Positions 20,398 through 29,747 of a stretch of 64,000 nt of DNA are shown here, one piece after another (position 1 is the first letter of the stretch; each line of letters begins with the position of its first letter). The notes beneath the pieces are model-generated. The model was not told where the DNA came from, did not search any database, and saw nothing but the letters and a program-made list of their open reading frames with translations. This DNA is from Verrucomicrobiia bacterium (lineage in GTDB: Bacteria > Verrucomicrobiota > Verrucomicrobiia > Limisphaerales > UBA1319), in NCBI GenBank assembly GCA_963664225.1, contig OY760937.1, forward strand, positions 4,032,001-4,096,000, in the 5' to 3' direction. The position numbers were made by a program, and so were the translations under genes.

Positions 20398-21618
20398 ATG
20401 TGGATTGCACTGACGATTATTTTGGCGGCCGCCATATTGCTTTGGACGCTAGAGGAGCGGTGGCGGCGGCGTTGTCGTCTACTCCAGGAGGAGAACACAG
20501 CTCAGCAGGCAAAGCTGGATGCCCTTGCACATCAATTCGAACACGCCATCGCGCATCAAAAAGCCCAATTGGAGGCCTTTTTCGACAGCATGGTAGAAGG
20601 TGTACTCGTGCTGGATTCCGAGCAAACGGTTCGCCGGATCAATCCCGCGCTGCGCCAGATTTTCCAGATTAACGGAGAGGCCGAGGGCCTGAGTCTGATG
20701 GAAATCCTGCGCCGACATGAGTTGCTGGACCTGGTGCGGAGGGTGGAGAACGAGGGAAAAGGCGGCGGCATCGATCTGGAATGGGAGATTCCCCAACCCC
20801 GATTCCTTCGCGCCAATGCCATTCCGTTTCATGATCCCCTGGGAATCTCGAACGATGTCATCGTCATCTTTCACGATCTGACCCGCGTCAAACAGTTGGA
20901 GAGCATACGGCAGGATTTTGTCGCCAACGTGAGCCATGAATTGAGGACGCCTCTGTCCATGATCAAGGGCTACGTGGAGACGCTTCAGGACGGGGCCAAG
21001 AACGACCCCGTCTCATTGGCCCGATTTCTGAATATCATCCAAAAGCACGCCGACCGGCTTGCGTTCCTCATCGAAGATCTATTGACGCTCTCGCGGCTGG
21101 ATTCCGGCAGGATGCAGTTGAATTTTCAAAATCTCGAAATTCATGACGAGGTGGAACGCGTGGTGCGCGATCTGACCGATCGCGCCGCTCAACGAAAGAT
21201 CGCCCTCATCAACGCATTGCCCGCAGGCATTCAGATCAAGGCCGATCCCGAGCGGTTGAGCCAGATTCTGGTCAACCTCCTGGATAATGCCATCAAATAT
21301 GGTCGGCCCGAAGGCCGGGTCGAAGTGGGCGGCGGAATGGTCCAGGACGGTCTGGTGGAACTCTTTGTCCGGGACAACGGACCGGGCATTCCGGCCGAAT
21401 CCGTAAGCCGGGTATTCGAGCGGTTCTACCGCGTGGACCGCGCGCGCTCCCGAGATCAGGGCGGCACGGGCCTGGGCCTGGCCATTGTCAAACACTTGGT
21501 CCAATCCCACGGTGGCAAAGTATGGCTCGAAAGCACCCTTGGCAAAGGCTGCTGCTTCCATTTCACTTTGCCACTGGCGGCGGCGGAAAATATCCCGGCA
21601 ACACCAGTAAAATCCTGA
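20398..21618 (+). CDS. phoR: Phosphate regulon sensor histidine kinase
   Basis: One N-terminal TM helix, PAS-like region, FVANVSHELRTPL, NLLDNAIKY, DNGPGI, GGTGLGLAI; alternative TTG start at 20383. Confidence 0.9.
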   Translation: MWIALTIILAAAILLWTLEERWRRRCRLLQEENTAQQAKLDALAHQFEHAIAHQKAQLEAFFDSMVEGVLVLDSEQTVRRINPALRQIFQINGEAEGLSLMEILRRHELLDLVRRVENEGKGGGIDLEWEIPQPRFLRANAIPFHDPLGISNDVIVIFHDLTRVKQLESIRQDFVANVSHELRTPLSMIKGYVETLQDGAKNDPVSLARFLNIIQKHADRLAFLIEDLLTLSRLDSGRMQLNFQNLEIHDEVERVVRDLTDRAAQRKIALINALPAGIQIKADPERLSQILVNLLDNAIKYGRPEGRVEVGGGMVQDGLVELFVRDNGPGIPAESVSRVFERFYRVDRARSRDQGGTGLGLAIVKHLVQSHGGKVWLESTLGKGCCFHFTLPLAAAENIPATPVKS

Positions 21619-21653
21619 TGCACGCGTACTGATCCGGGGTGGAACGGTCTTCG

Positions 21654-23744
21654 TTATTCGGGATGCTCAACCACGTCTTTTTTGGAGCTTTCGATGATCT
21701 TTTTGGCCTGTTCGCCCGGCACAGGGTCGTAATGGGAAAAGGACTTGGTAAAGAAACCGCGTCCCTGTGTGATCGAACGCAGCGCCTGGCTGTAGGTTTG
21801 AATTTCGGCCTCCGGCACTTTGGCCGAGATCCTCTGAAATGATCCGTCCGGGTCCATGCCCGCGATTTTGCCCCGGCGCGAGGAGAGATCGCCCATCACG
21901 TCGCCCGTGTACTTTTCGGGAACGCTCACGTGCAAATCCACGATCGGTTCGAGCAGAATCGGCCCCGCCTTTTCAAAGGCAAGCTTGAACGCCTCCCGTC
22001 CGGCGATCTGGAAGGCAATATCCTTGGAATCGACCGGGTGGGTTTTGCCGTCCACCAAGATGACGCGCAGATCGACAATGGGATAACCGGCAAGAATGCC
22101 TATTTCCAGACGGGTGCGAATGCCTTTATCGACGCTCGGACGGAAGGATTGGTCGATGACCCCACCCACGATTTTATCCACAAATTCGTAACCCGTGCCG
22201 CGCGGCAGTGGTTCCATGTCGATGGCCACCCGTCCATATTGGCCAGCTCCGCCGGATTGCTTTTTGTGGGTATAATCCACGTAGCGAACAACTTTAGTCA
22301 CGGTTTCCCTATAGGAAATTTTCGGCGGCTTGCGATCCACCTCAACCTTGAACCTCCGTTTGAGGTTGTCGAGGATCATGTCGATGTGTACATCGCCCAT
22401 CCCTGAGAGCAGTTCCTGGCGGATATCGGAATGGTATTTGAAGGAAAAGCTGGGATCCTCCTCGTGCAGTTTGTTGATGCCCATGCCGAGCTTGTCTTCG
22501 TCGCCCTTGGTCTTGGGGGTGATGGCCACACTGACCAGCGGAATGGGAAAGGGGATGTGAGGCAGAGCGTAGGCGGCCCCTTTTTCGGCCAGGGTATCGT
22601 TGGTATGGGTGCTTTTGAGCTTGAGCAGCGCGCCGATGTCGCCGGCGGCAATCTCCGTGGTGTCCACCCGATCATGGCCGCGCAGGAAATACATGTTGCC
22701 CGGCTTCTCGACAATGTTGTGTGTGCAATTCTGGACTTCAACTCCCGTGGCCAGTTTGCCACCGAAGACGCGCACAAGATTGAATTCGCCGATATGCTCC
22801 TCGGAAATGGTCTTGAAGACAAAAGCCGCCAGCGGGGCGCCGATCTTGCAAGGAAGGGCTTTATCGCCCGTGCCGTTTTTGGCGATGATCTCGGTGCGGT
22901 GCGAGGCCGGAGGGCAATAGGCCGCCACCGCGTCCAGAACCAGGTCCGTGCCCATGTTCTGAAGCGCGCTGCCGCACAGGAGCGGTTGGATGGTGCCTTC
23001 GAGCATTCCTTTGGCGATGCCTTTCTTCAGTTCACCGGCGCTCAGCGTGCCCTTGTCGAAATAGACGTTCATGAGGGCTTCGTCCGTTTCCGCCACCGCT
23101 TCCATGAGGGTGACGCGCCATTTCTCCACCTCCTCCCGAAGGTGTGCCGGGATGCCGATTTTAACACCCGTGCCCGAACCCTCGCGGGGGTAGGAATAGG
23201 CCTCCATGCTGACCAGGTCGACAACGCCGGCGAAGGTCGCGCCCGAACCGATGGGAATCTGTATGGGTGCGAGAGAGGTTTTGAAATGCTCCTGCAAGTC
23301 GTGGAAAACGGTCTCAAAATTCGCGTTTTCCTTATCCATGCCGTTTATGAAGAACAGGATGGGCAGCTTTGCGTTGCCGGCCAGACGCAACACGATTTCC
23401 GTTCCCACCTGAATGCCGCTGACCGCATCGACGAGAACGATTGCCGCATCTGTCACGGTCAACGCTGCGTTGACATCGCCCACCAAATCGAGAAACCCGG
23501 GTGTATCCAGAAAGTTGAGCTTGGTGTCTTTCCATTCGCAAAAACCCAGCGCCATCGAGAGGGTCATCTTGCGTTCTTTTTCGTCGGGACGACTGTCGTA
23601 AATACTGGTGCCATTGGACACTTTACCCAGGCGCGTGGTTCCTTTTGAAGTGAAACTGAGGGCTTCCAGCAGGGAGGTTTTGCCCACACCACCGTGGGAT
23701 AACAAGCATGCATTCCGAATCGATTGAGCGTCGTATTTGTTCAT
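21654..23744 (-). CDS. fusA: Elongation factor G paralog (EF-G2-like)
   Basis: SHGGVGKT, DTPG, five-domain EF-G layout (EEDPS, GMGDVH, HKKQSGGAGQYG, LLEPI, LRSITQGRG); outside the str operon with diverged GTPase motifs. Confidence 0.9.
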   Translation of the reverse strand: MNKYDAQSIRNACLLSHGGVGKTSLLEALSFTSKGTTRLGKVSNGTSIYDSRPDEKERKMTLSMALGFCEWKDTKLNFLDTPGFLDLVGDVNAALTVTDAAIVLVDAVSGIQVGTEIVLRLAGNAKLPILFFINGMDKENANFETVFHDLQEHFKTSLAPIQIPIGSGATFAGVVDLVSMEAYSYPREGSGTGVKIGIPAHLREEVEKWRVTLMEAVAETDEALMNVYFDKGTLSAGELKKGIAKGMLEGTIQPLLCGSALQNMGTDLVLDAVAAYCPPASHRTEIIAKNGTGDKALPCKIGAPLAAFVFKTISEEHIGEFNLVRVFGGKLATGVEVQNCTHNIVEKPGNMYFLRGHDRVDTTEIAAGDIGALLKLKSTHTNDTLAEKGAAYALPHIPFPIPLVSVAITPKTKGDEDKLGMGINKLHEEDPSFSFKYHSDIRQELLSGMGDVHIDMILDNLKRRFKVEVDRKPPKISYRETVTKVVRYVDYTHKKQSGGAGQYGRVAIDMEPLPRGTGYEFVDKIVGGVIDQSFRPSVDKGIRTRLEIGILAGYPIVDLRVILVDGKTHPVDSKDIAFQIAGREAFKLAFEKAGPILLEPIVDLHVSVPEKYTGDVMGDLSSRRGKIAGMDPDGSFQRISAKVPEAEIQTYSQALRSITQGRGFFTKSFSHYDPVPGEQAKKIIESSKKDVVEHPE

Positions 23745-23865
23745 TTGATCTCCATCTCGAAACTGAGCTTATCGGTTGCCGGGCAGCTTTCGCGTTAAAG
23801 CGCCGGTTGCCCAAGCTACGGACCACCCTTTCGCGGGGTGGAACAACTTCAAGGGCTATGGCCTT

Positions 23866-23895
23866 ATAATATAAGGATTTGCGGTGGATTGGCAA
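23866..23895 (-). promoter_or_regulatory. Candidate sigma70 promoter for the EF-G paralog
   Basis: Minus strand TTGCCA, then TATATT (16-bp spacer) or TATTAT (18-bp spacer). Confidence 0.5.
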
Positions 23896-24025
23896 TCGAA
23901 ATCCGTTGTGGGATGAAGAAATTTTGAAGATTGATTTCAACGGGCGCAAATTGAGGGCGGTAGCGTTAAAAATATTCTATGCAAATGCGGTGTTGGGTGT
24001 ATTTTTTCAACTCGAAGCACATATT

Positions 24026-25063
24026 ATGAACAAGAACCCATTCAAATTCTCATTTGGACCCTGGAACATCAGCGAAGGCGCCGATCCCTACGGACCGACC
24101 ACGCGCCCTCTGCAAACTTTCGATTGGAAACTGGCTCAATTGAAGGAAAATGGCTTCGACGCCATGATGTTTCACGACGACGACGTGGTGCCGGACATTG
24201 ATTCCAAGTCCCCCGCCCAGGTGATCAAGGAAGCCAAAGAAGTCAAAAAGAAGCTCGACGGAGCAGGCATTATTGCCGAGATCGTGGCGCCCCGGCTGTG
24301 GTTCAGTCCCATGACGATTGATGGCGCCTACACCAGCAACGATCCCAAGGCCCGTAAATACGCCATTGAGCGTTCGCTTCAGTGCGTGGACATCGCCAAT
24401 GCCGTGGGTTGCAAGCTCATCGTTCTCTGGCTGGCCCGCGAAGGCACCTATATCCGCGAGGCCAAGAACGCCAAACGCAGCATGGAATACCTCGTTCAGG
24501 CCATCGATAAGATGCTCGGACATGACAAAAAAATCCGCATCGCCATCGAGCCCAAACCCAACGAGCCGATGGACCACGCCTACGTGCCCACCGTCGGCCA
24601 CGCGCTGGCCCTGGCTCAATTGACCCAGGATCCCAAGCGCCTCGGCGGTTTGATCGAGAGCGCCCACGCGATTCTCGCCGGCCTCGATCCCGCGGACGAA
24701 ATGGAGTTCGCCCTGACCTTCGGCAAGCTGTGGTCCGTCCATTTGAACGACCAGAACGGCCTGAAGTTCGACCAGGACAAGCCTTTTGGCAGCAACAACC
24801 TGCGCAGCGCGTTCAACCAGGTGCGCGTGCTCGCCCGCAATAATTACGGCAGCAAGGGCGAATGCGTCGCCTTCGACGTCCATTCCTTCCGCTCCACGAA
24901 GATGGAGCACGGCGTGGATCACCTGATCAACAGCCGCAAGACGTTCCTGAAGCTCCTGGACAAGGTTCAGACCTTCAACAACGCCGCCGCCGACAAACTG
25001 ATTGCGAATCGCGATTACCAGGCCCTGGACCAGATGGTGATCGAACACCTGCTGGGCAAGTAA
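24026..25063 (+). CDS. xylA: Xylose isomerase-family protein (short, class I-like)
   Basis: FSFGPW, FHDDD, W-x-x-REG, EPKPNEP, VHLNDQ, FDQD, FDVH metal ligands; substrate not proven. Confidence 0.8.
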   Translation: MNKNPFKFSFGPWNISEGADPYGPTTRPLQTFDWKLAQLKENGFDAMMFHDDDVVPDIDSKSPAQVIKEAKEVKKKLDGAGIIAEIVAPRLWFSPMTIDGAYTSNDPKARKYAIERSLQCVDIANAVGCKLIVLWLAREGTYIREAKNAKRSMEYLVQAIDKMLGHDKKIRIAIEPKPNEPMDHAYVPTVGHALALAQLTQDPKRLGGLIESAHAILAGLDPADEMEFALTFGKLWSVHLNDQNGLKFDQDKPFGSNNLRSAFNQVRVLARNNYGSKGECVAFDVHSFRSTKMEHGVDHLINSRKTFLKLLDKVQTFNNAAADKLIANRDYQALDQMVIEHLLGK

Positions 25064-25080
25064 CCTCCTCCGAATTCACC

Positions 25081-25144
25081 CGGAAGGGATGACCGCATTG
25101 AACGCCGCCAGGGCGATTGATGCGGCATCCCTTCCGTTTTTTTT
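25081..25144 (+). terminator. Long-stem terminator after xylA
   Basis: CGGAAGGGATG-ACCGCAT...ATGCGG-CATCCCTTCCG followed by T8. Confidence 0.8.
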
Positions 25145-25260
25145 GCGCCCGTGGCATTCGCCCGCGCCGCCCGCGTCACGATTTTCACATTTCCACTGAG
25201 GTTCGCCCTTTGCTTATTGCGGCTTGCATTCGGTTTTATATGTGACACTAATGGCTCATC

Positions 25261-28200
25261 ATGAACGGGATATCCATGGTTATTCTGCGGCTGTTTTCAC
25301 AGATTTCTTCATTCCAATTAATTCGTCACCCTTCAGTCGCGCGATGGAGCATCATTCCATTATTCCTTGTTCTTTCGGGCCTGCTGGGCGTCGCGAGAGC
25401 GGAGACGTTTGGCGATTTCACCTACACGACCAACAGTTCGTCGGCCACAATCACCGGCTACACCGGTCCCGGCGGCAACGTGACCATCCCGGATGTCATT
25501 GATGGCAAAAGGATCACCGGCATCGGGAGATCTGCATTCGCTTATAACACTAACCTTACGAATATTGCGATTCCTAACAGTGTCATAAGCATTGGAGATT
25601 ATGCGTTTTATGAATGTAACAGATTGACGAGTATAGACATCCCCATGAGCGTTACCAGCCTCGGAATGGGTGCATTTATGGACTGCATTGGCCTGACCAG
25701 TATCGAAATCCCCAGTAGCGTAACCAGCGTTGGGCAAAGTGCATTCGAAGGTTCCACTGGACTGCTGAATGTCGCGATACCAAATAATCTAACCGTCATC
25801 GCATACAGAATGTTCACTGGTTGCAGTGGTCTGACGAATGTCACGATTCCAAACAGTGTTGCCATTATCGATATGTCTGCATTTTCTGGCTGTAGTAACT
25901 TGACGAGCATCTGGATCCCCGAGAGCGTAACTAACATTAGAGGTGGGGTTTTCTTTGATTGCATCGGATTGGCGACCATTGAAGTGGACTCTTACAATGC
26001 AGCGTACAAGAGCATGGATGGCGTGTTATTTGCCAAAAACATGAAGACTCTCATTAAATGTCCAATAGGCAAGAGCGGTGACTATGGCGTTCCCGGCATC
26101 GTTACCAATATCGATGGTGCGGCATTCTATGGTTGCACCGGCCTGACGAATATCACAATCCCAGATGGTGTTGCTATCATCGGTGACAGTGCGTTTTATG
26201 GTTGCACCGGCCTGAAGAATGTGACGATTCCCAAGAGCGTCAGCAGTATTATGAATAGAGCATTCTCTTGGTGTACCAACCTCGCAGGTGCGTATTTTGA
26301 GGGAAATCCACCAAAAATTGCGGCCATGGATGAATTTTTCGGTGCAAACCAAGTTACAGTGTACCATCGCATAAACGCTACAGGCTGGGAAACAACATTT
26401 ACCACTCAGTCAACAGGAATATGGGACGCATCCGAAGTTACCGATTTCGTTTATCTAGACAATGGGGCAGCAGTAACAATAATCGGCTATAACGGCCCTG
26501 GAGGCCAAGTTCTCATCCCAGATATCATCCTGAACAAGCCAGTCGACAGCATCGGAAACACTGCGTTTTCTTATAACACCAACGTGACGAGCATCATCAT
26601 CCCCAACAGCGTCACCCAAATTCCGGACTCAGCATTTTCATTCTGCACCAATTTGAAGAGAGTCGCAATTCCCGACACCGTCATTTCGATCGGACACCAT
26701 GCTTTTGCTGGGTGCGCCGATCTTCTGGGTGTGAACATTGGGAGCAATGTAAAAAGCATCGGCGATTCGGCTTTTGAGGCATGCAGCAGTTTGACGGCTA
26801 TCAGTATTCCTAAAAGCGTCTCCAGCATTGGTGAACGAGCCTTTTCTTTCTGTTCAAACCTCAGCACGATTTCGGTCGATGCGCTTAATGCCGAATATGG
26901 CAGCCTTGAAGAGGCATTGTTTAATAAAAGTCAAACGAGCCTTATCCAGTGTCCAGGTGGCACATTCGGAAACTACACAATTCCCAAAACCGTAACCAGT
27001 ATCGGAGACTCCGCATTCGCGGGCTGCAATCTCCTGATAAGAGCCATTATTTCCAATAACGTCACCAACATCGGTTCTTATGCGTTTGCTTCCTGCAGCA
27101 ACCTGACAAGTGTGTATTTTGAGGGTGATGCGCCCACCTATGGACCTGATGAGATCTTCAATAATGCCAATAACGTAACGGTATATTATATCGCTGAATC
27201 CACTGGATGGAGCGCGACATTTTCAGGTCGGCCAGCAACACAATGGATGGATTCAAATGTGCTCGATTTTATGTGCCAGCAAAATGGTTCTTCGATTACC
27301 ATCACCAATTACGCAGGCCCTGGAGGCAACATTATCATACCTGATGACATTTTCGGTAAACGAGTTTACTCCATTGGGAATTCTGCATTCGCCAACAAGA
27401 CGAACCTATACAGTGTGACCATTGCTGGTGGTATCACGAAGATTGGAATTGGTGCGTTCTCAGGATGCAGTAGTTTAACAAACCTTTCGATGTCGAATGG
27501 TGTTGGCAGTATCGGCGATAACGCGTTCAAGGGCTGCCGTGCGCTGACAACAGTCATAATTCCCAACAGTGTCACCGACATTGGTTGTGTAAACGGAGGT
27601 GGGGCGTTCTCCTCGTGCACTGCTTTAACAAATGTTACCTTGCCGAACACGATCAAGGTCATTTGGGACCGTACATTTCAACGATGCACCAGCCTGACGA
27701 GCATCATCATCCCTGATGGCGTCGGTTCGATCGGGTATTTGGCGTTCGATGGCTGCTCCGCGTTAACGAGTGTTACGATCCCTAACTCCGTCACCACTAT
27801 TTACTCTGCGTTCTCAGGTTGTACTGGCTTGCTGAATCTCACCATTCCTGACGGCGTTAAGCAAATAATGTACGCGGCATTCGCAGGCTGCAATGGTATG
27901 ACGAATGTTTCCATTTCCAAAAGTGTCACACGTATTGAGGACCTCGGATTCTCCGATTGCGCCAGTCTGAAGACCATCAGCGTGGATGAGCTGAACACAA
28001 ATTATGCGAGTTTGGACGGTGTATTGTTTAATAAAAGCCAGACGGTGCTTGTTCAATTTCCCGCAGGAAAGGTTGGAAATTACGTAATTCCAAACAGCAT
28101 CACCAACATTGGAAATTTCGCTTTTTTTGGCGGCGGCAGTGTGCCAAGTGTCACCTTGCCAGGCAGCCTCACAAAAATCGGCAATAGTGCATTCAGTTGG

Positions 28201-28755
28201 TGTGCCAATCTTTTGAGTCTGTATTTTGAAGGAAACGCACCAACAATCGCTTCCCCCAATTTGTTTAACATGACCACCAATGTCACAGTCTATTACCGCG
28301 CCGGAACCACGGGCTGGAGCAACACTTTTGCAGGTAGGCCTACCGCGCTGTGGGTTGAACAGCCCACTTATCAGGAATGGGCGCAAACGACTGGATTGCT
28401 GGCCAGGTTTCCTGACGCCAGTGCGGAAACCGATGACGCCGATCAGGATGGCCTGAATAACCTCGATGAAATGCTGGCGGGCACGGATCCCACGTCTCCG
28501 AGTTCCACGCTGAAGTTTGAAACCACGCCTCGCCCTAATGATTTGGTGGAGACGGACCAAACCGCCATCGGCACGGACCAACACGCCCTCTATTTCCAGG
28601 CGGTGCCGGGGAAAAAATACGAAATCCAGAGCGTGAGCGGTATTGGCGGCATATGGCAGACGGAAACCAATGTCGCCGCCACCACCACCCAAAAGCGGGT
28701 CGTGGTCAATAAACCCGCCGATCAAAGTTTTTACCGCGTGATGCTAGTTCCATAA
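25261..28755 (+). CDS. BspA-type leucine-rich-repeat surface protein (three LRR modules plus a Ca-binding-like/C-terminal domain)
   Basis: Signal peptide; many IPxSVTxIGxxAFxGCxxL repeats; three modules each starting with GPGG.V/I.IPD and ending YFEG...VY...GW..TF; DDADQDGLNNLDEMLAGTDP. Confidence 0.92.
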   Translation: MNGISMVILRLFSQISSFQLIRHPSVARWSIIPLFLVLSGLLGVARAETFGDFTYTTNSSSATITGYTGPGGNVTIPDVIDGKRITGIGRSAFAYNTNLTNIAIPNSVISIGDYAFYECNRLTSIDIPMSVTSLGMGAFMDCIGLTSIEIPSSVTSVGQSAFEGSTGLLNVAIPNNLTVIAYRMFTGCSGLTNVTIPNSVAIIDMSAFSGCSNLTSIWIPESVTNIRGGVFFDCIGLATIEVDSYNAAYKSMDGVLFAKNMKTLIKCPIGKSGDYGVPGIVTNIDGAAFYGCTGLTNITIPDGVAIIGDSAFYGCTGLKNVTIPKSVSSIMNRAFSWCTNLAGAYFEGNPPKIAAMDEFFGANQVTVYHRINATGWETTFTTQSTGIWDASEVTDFVYLDNGAAVTIIGYNGPGGQVLIPDIILNKPVDSIGNTAFSYNTNVTSIIIPNSVTQIPDSAFSFCTNLKRVAIPDTVISIGHHAFAGCADLLGVNIGSNVKSIGDSAFEACSSLTAISIPKSVSSIGERAFSFCSNLSTISVDALNAEYGSLEEALFNKSQTSLIQCPGGTFGNYTIPKTVTSIGDSAFAGCNLLIRAIISNNVTNIGSYAFASCSNLTSVYFEGDAPTYGPDEIFNNANNVTVYYIAESTGWSATFSGRPATQWMDSNVLDFMCQQNGSSITITNYAGPGGNIIIPDDIFGKRVYSIGNSAFANKTNLYSVTIAGGITKIGIGAFSGCSSLTNLSMSNGVGSIGDNAFKGCRALTTVIIPNSVTDIGCVNGGGAFSSCTALTNVTLPNTIKVIWDRTFQRCTSLTSIIIPDGVGSIGYLAFDGCSALTSVTIPNSVTTIYSAFSGCTGLLNLTIPDGVKQIMYAAFAGCNGMTNVSISKSVTRIEDLGFSDCASLKTISVDELNTNYASLDGVLFNKSQTVLVQFPAGKVGNYVIPNSITNIGNFAFFGGGSVPSVTLPGSLTKIGNSAFSWCANLLSLYFEGNAPTIASPNLFNMTTNVTVYYRAGTTGWSNTFAGRPTALWVEQPTYQEWAQTTGLLARFPDASAETDDADQDGLNNLDEMLAGTDPTSPSSTLKFETTPRPNDLVETDQTAIGTDQHALYFQAVPGKKYEIQSVSGIGGIWQTETNVAATTTQKRVVVNKPADQSFYRVMLVP

Positions 28756-28846
28756 GGCTTGTCTTGCGTGTGTTTTATGGCAAAAGTGGCGCATCCAGTG
28801 ATCCGGGCACGCTTATGCAACAACCTCTAAAAAAGGGAAATTGGCC

Positions 28847-29716
28847 ATGATGACAATTGGTTTTCACACGGACGCCTTCAACTCCGCCTATTGGTCTTTC
28901 GATAAATGCCTCGCATGGGCCCAGACCGCCAAAGTCCATCGGATCGAATGCGGTCTGATCGATGGAGTGAGTTGGATTCACGGACTGGGCTATCAGCCGC
29001 ATCTGGCCGTGTATGAGGATACGGCCCTGCTGAAGAAAAAGCTGGAAAGCCACGGCCTGAAATTCTCGCAGATCGACGCCGCCTATCCCCTGTCCGGCGA
29101 GGATGGGCCGCTGCGCGGCGTGCCCTATGTAATGAAGGCGATCGAGTGGGCCGACCAGATGGGATGCCCCTGCGTGGACACCACCGACGGTTTGCTCAAG
29201 CCGGAGGGGCTGACCGAGAGCGAGTCGATGGAACTGATGAAACGCAGTTATCGACAAATCATCCGCGTGGCGGAGGCGCACAAGGTGATCGTGAACATCG
29301 AGCCTCACGGTTACTTCACAACCAAACCCAAAATGATGGCGCAGATGTTAAGCTTTGTGGACAGTCCCTATCTGCGTTTGAATCTGGATACTGGCAATAC
29401 GTTCATCGCCGGACAGGACCCCGTGGCATTCTTGCGGGCGTTCGTGGACAAGGTGAGCCATGTACATGTCAAGGACGTCTCCGAATCGCTGGCTCTGGCG
29501 ATGCGCGGCGGCCAGTCAGGCATTGCGGTGAGTCAATGTCCCTTGGGTGGGGGCGTCAATGCGGCCAACATCAGGGAATGCCTCAAGATATTGCGCGACT
29601 CGGGCTACCAGGGCGTCTTGAGCATCGAATGCGAAGGGCAGGGCGGCCCCATGATCAACCAGTCGCTGGACTGGTTGCGCGCCACGCTCACGGAATTGGG
29701 CATCGAGTTTAATTAG
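28847..29716 (+). CDS. Sugar phosphate isomerase/epimerase
   Basis: NIEPHG, LNLDTGN, HVHVKD, LSIEC TIM-barrel metal ligands. Confidence 0.85.
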   Translation: MMTIGFHTDAFNSAYWSFDKCLAWAQTAKVHRIECGLIDGVSWIHGLGYQPHLAVYEDTALLKKKLESHGLKFSQIDAAYPLSGEDGPLRGVPYVMKAIEWADQMGCPCVDTTDGLLKPEGLTESESMELMKRSYRQIIRVAEAHKVIVNIEPHGYFTTKPKMMAQMLSFVDSPYLRLNLDTGNTFIAGQDPVAFLRAFVDKVSHVHVKDVSESLALAMRGGQSGIAVSQCPLGGGVNAANIRECLKILRDSGYQGVLSIECEGQGGPMINQSLDWLRATLTELGIEFN

Positions 29717-29747
29717 GGCCGATCGCGTTGTAACAAGGCGTTTTCAA

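Noticed and set aside
25500..28300. CRISPR array or DGR variable repeats within the LRR gene
   Set aside because: The repeats are degenerate protein-coding LRR units, with no identical DNA repeats and no adenine-specific mismatch pattern evident.
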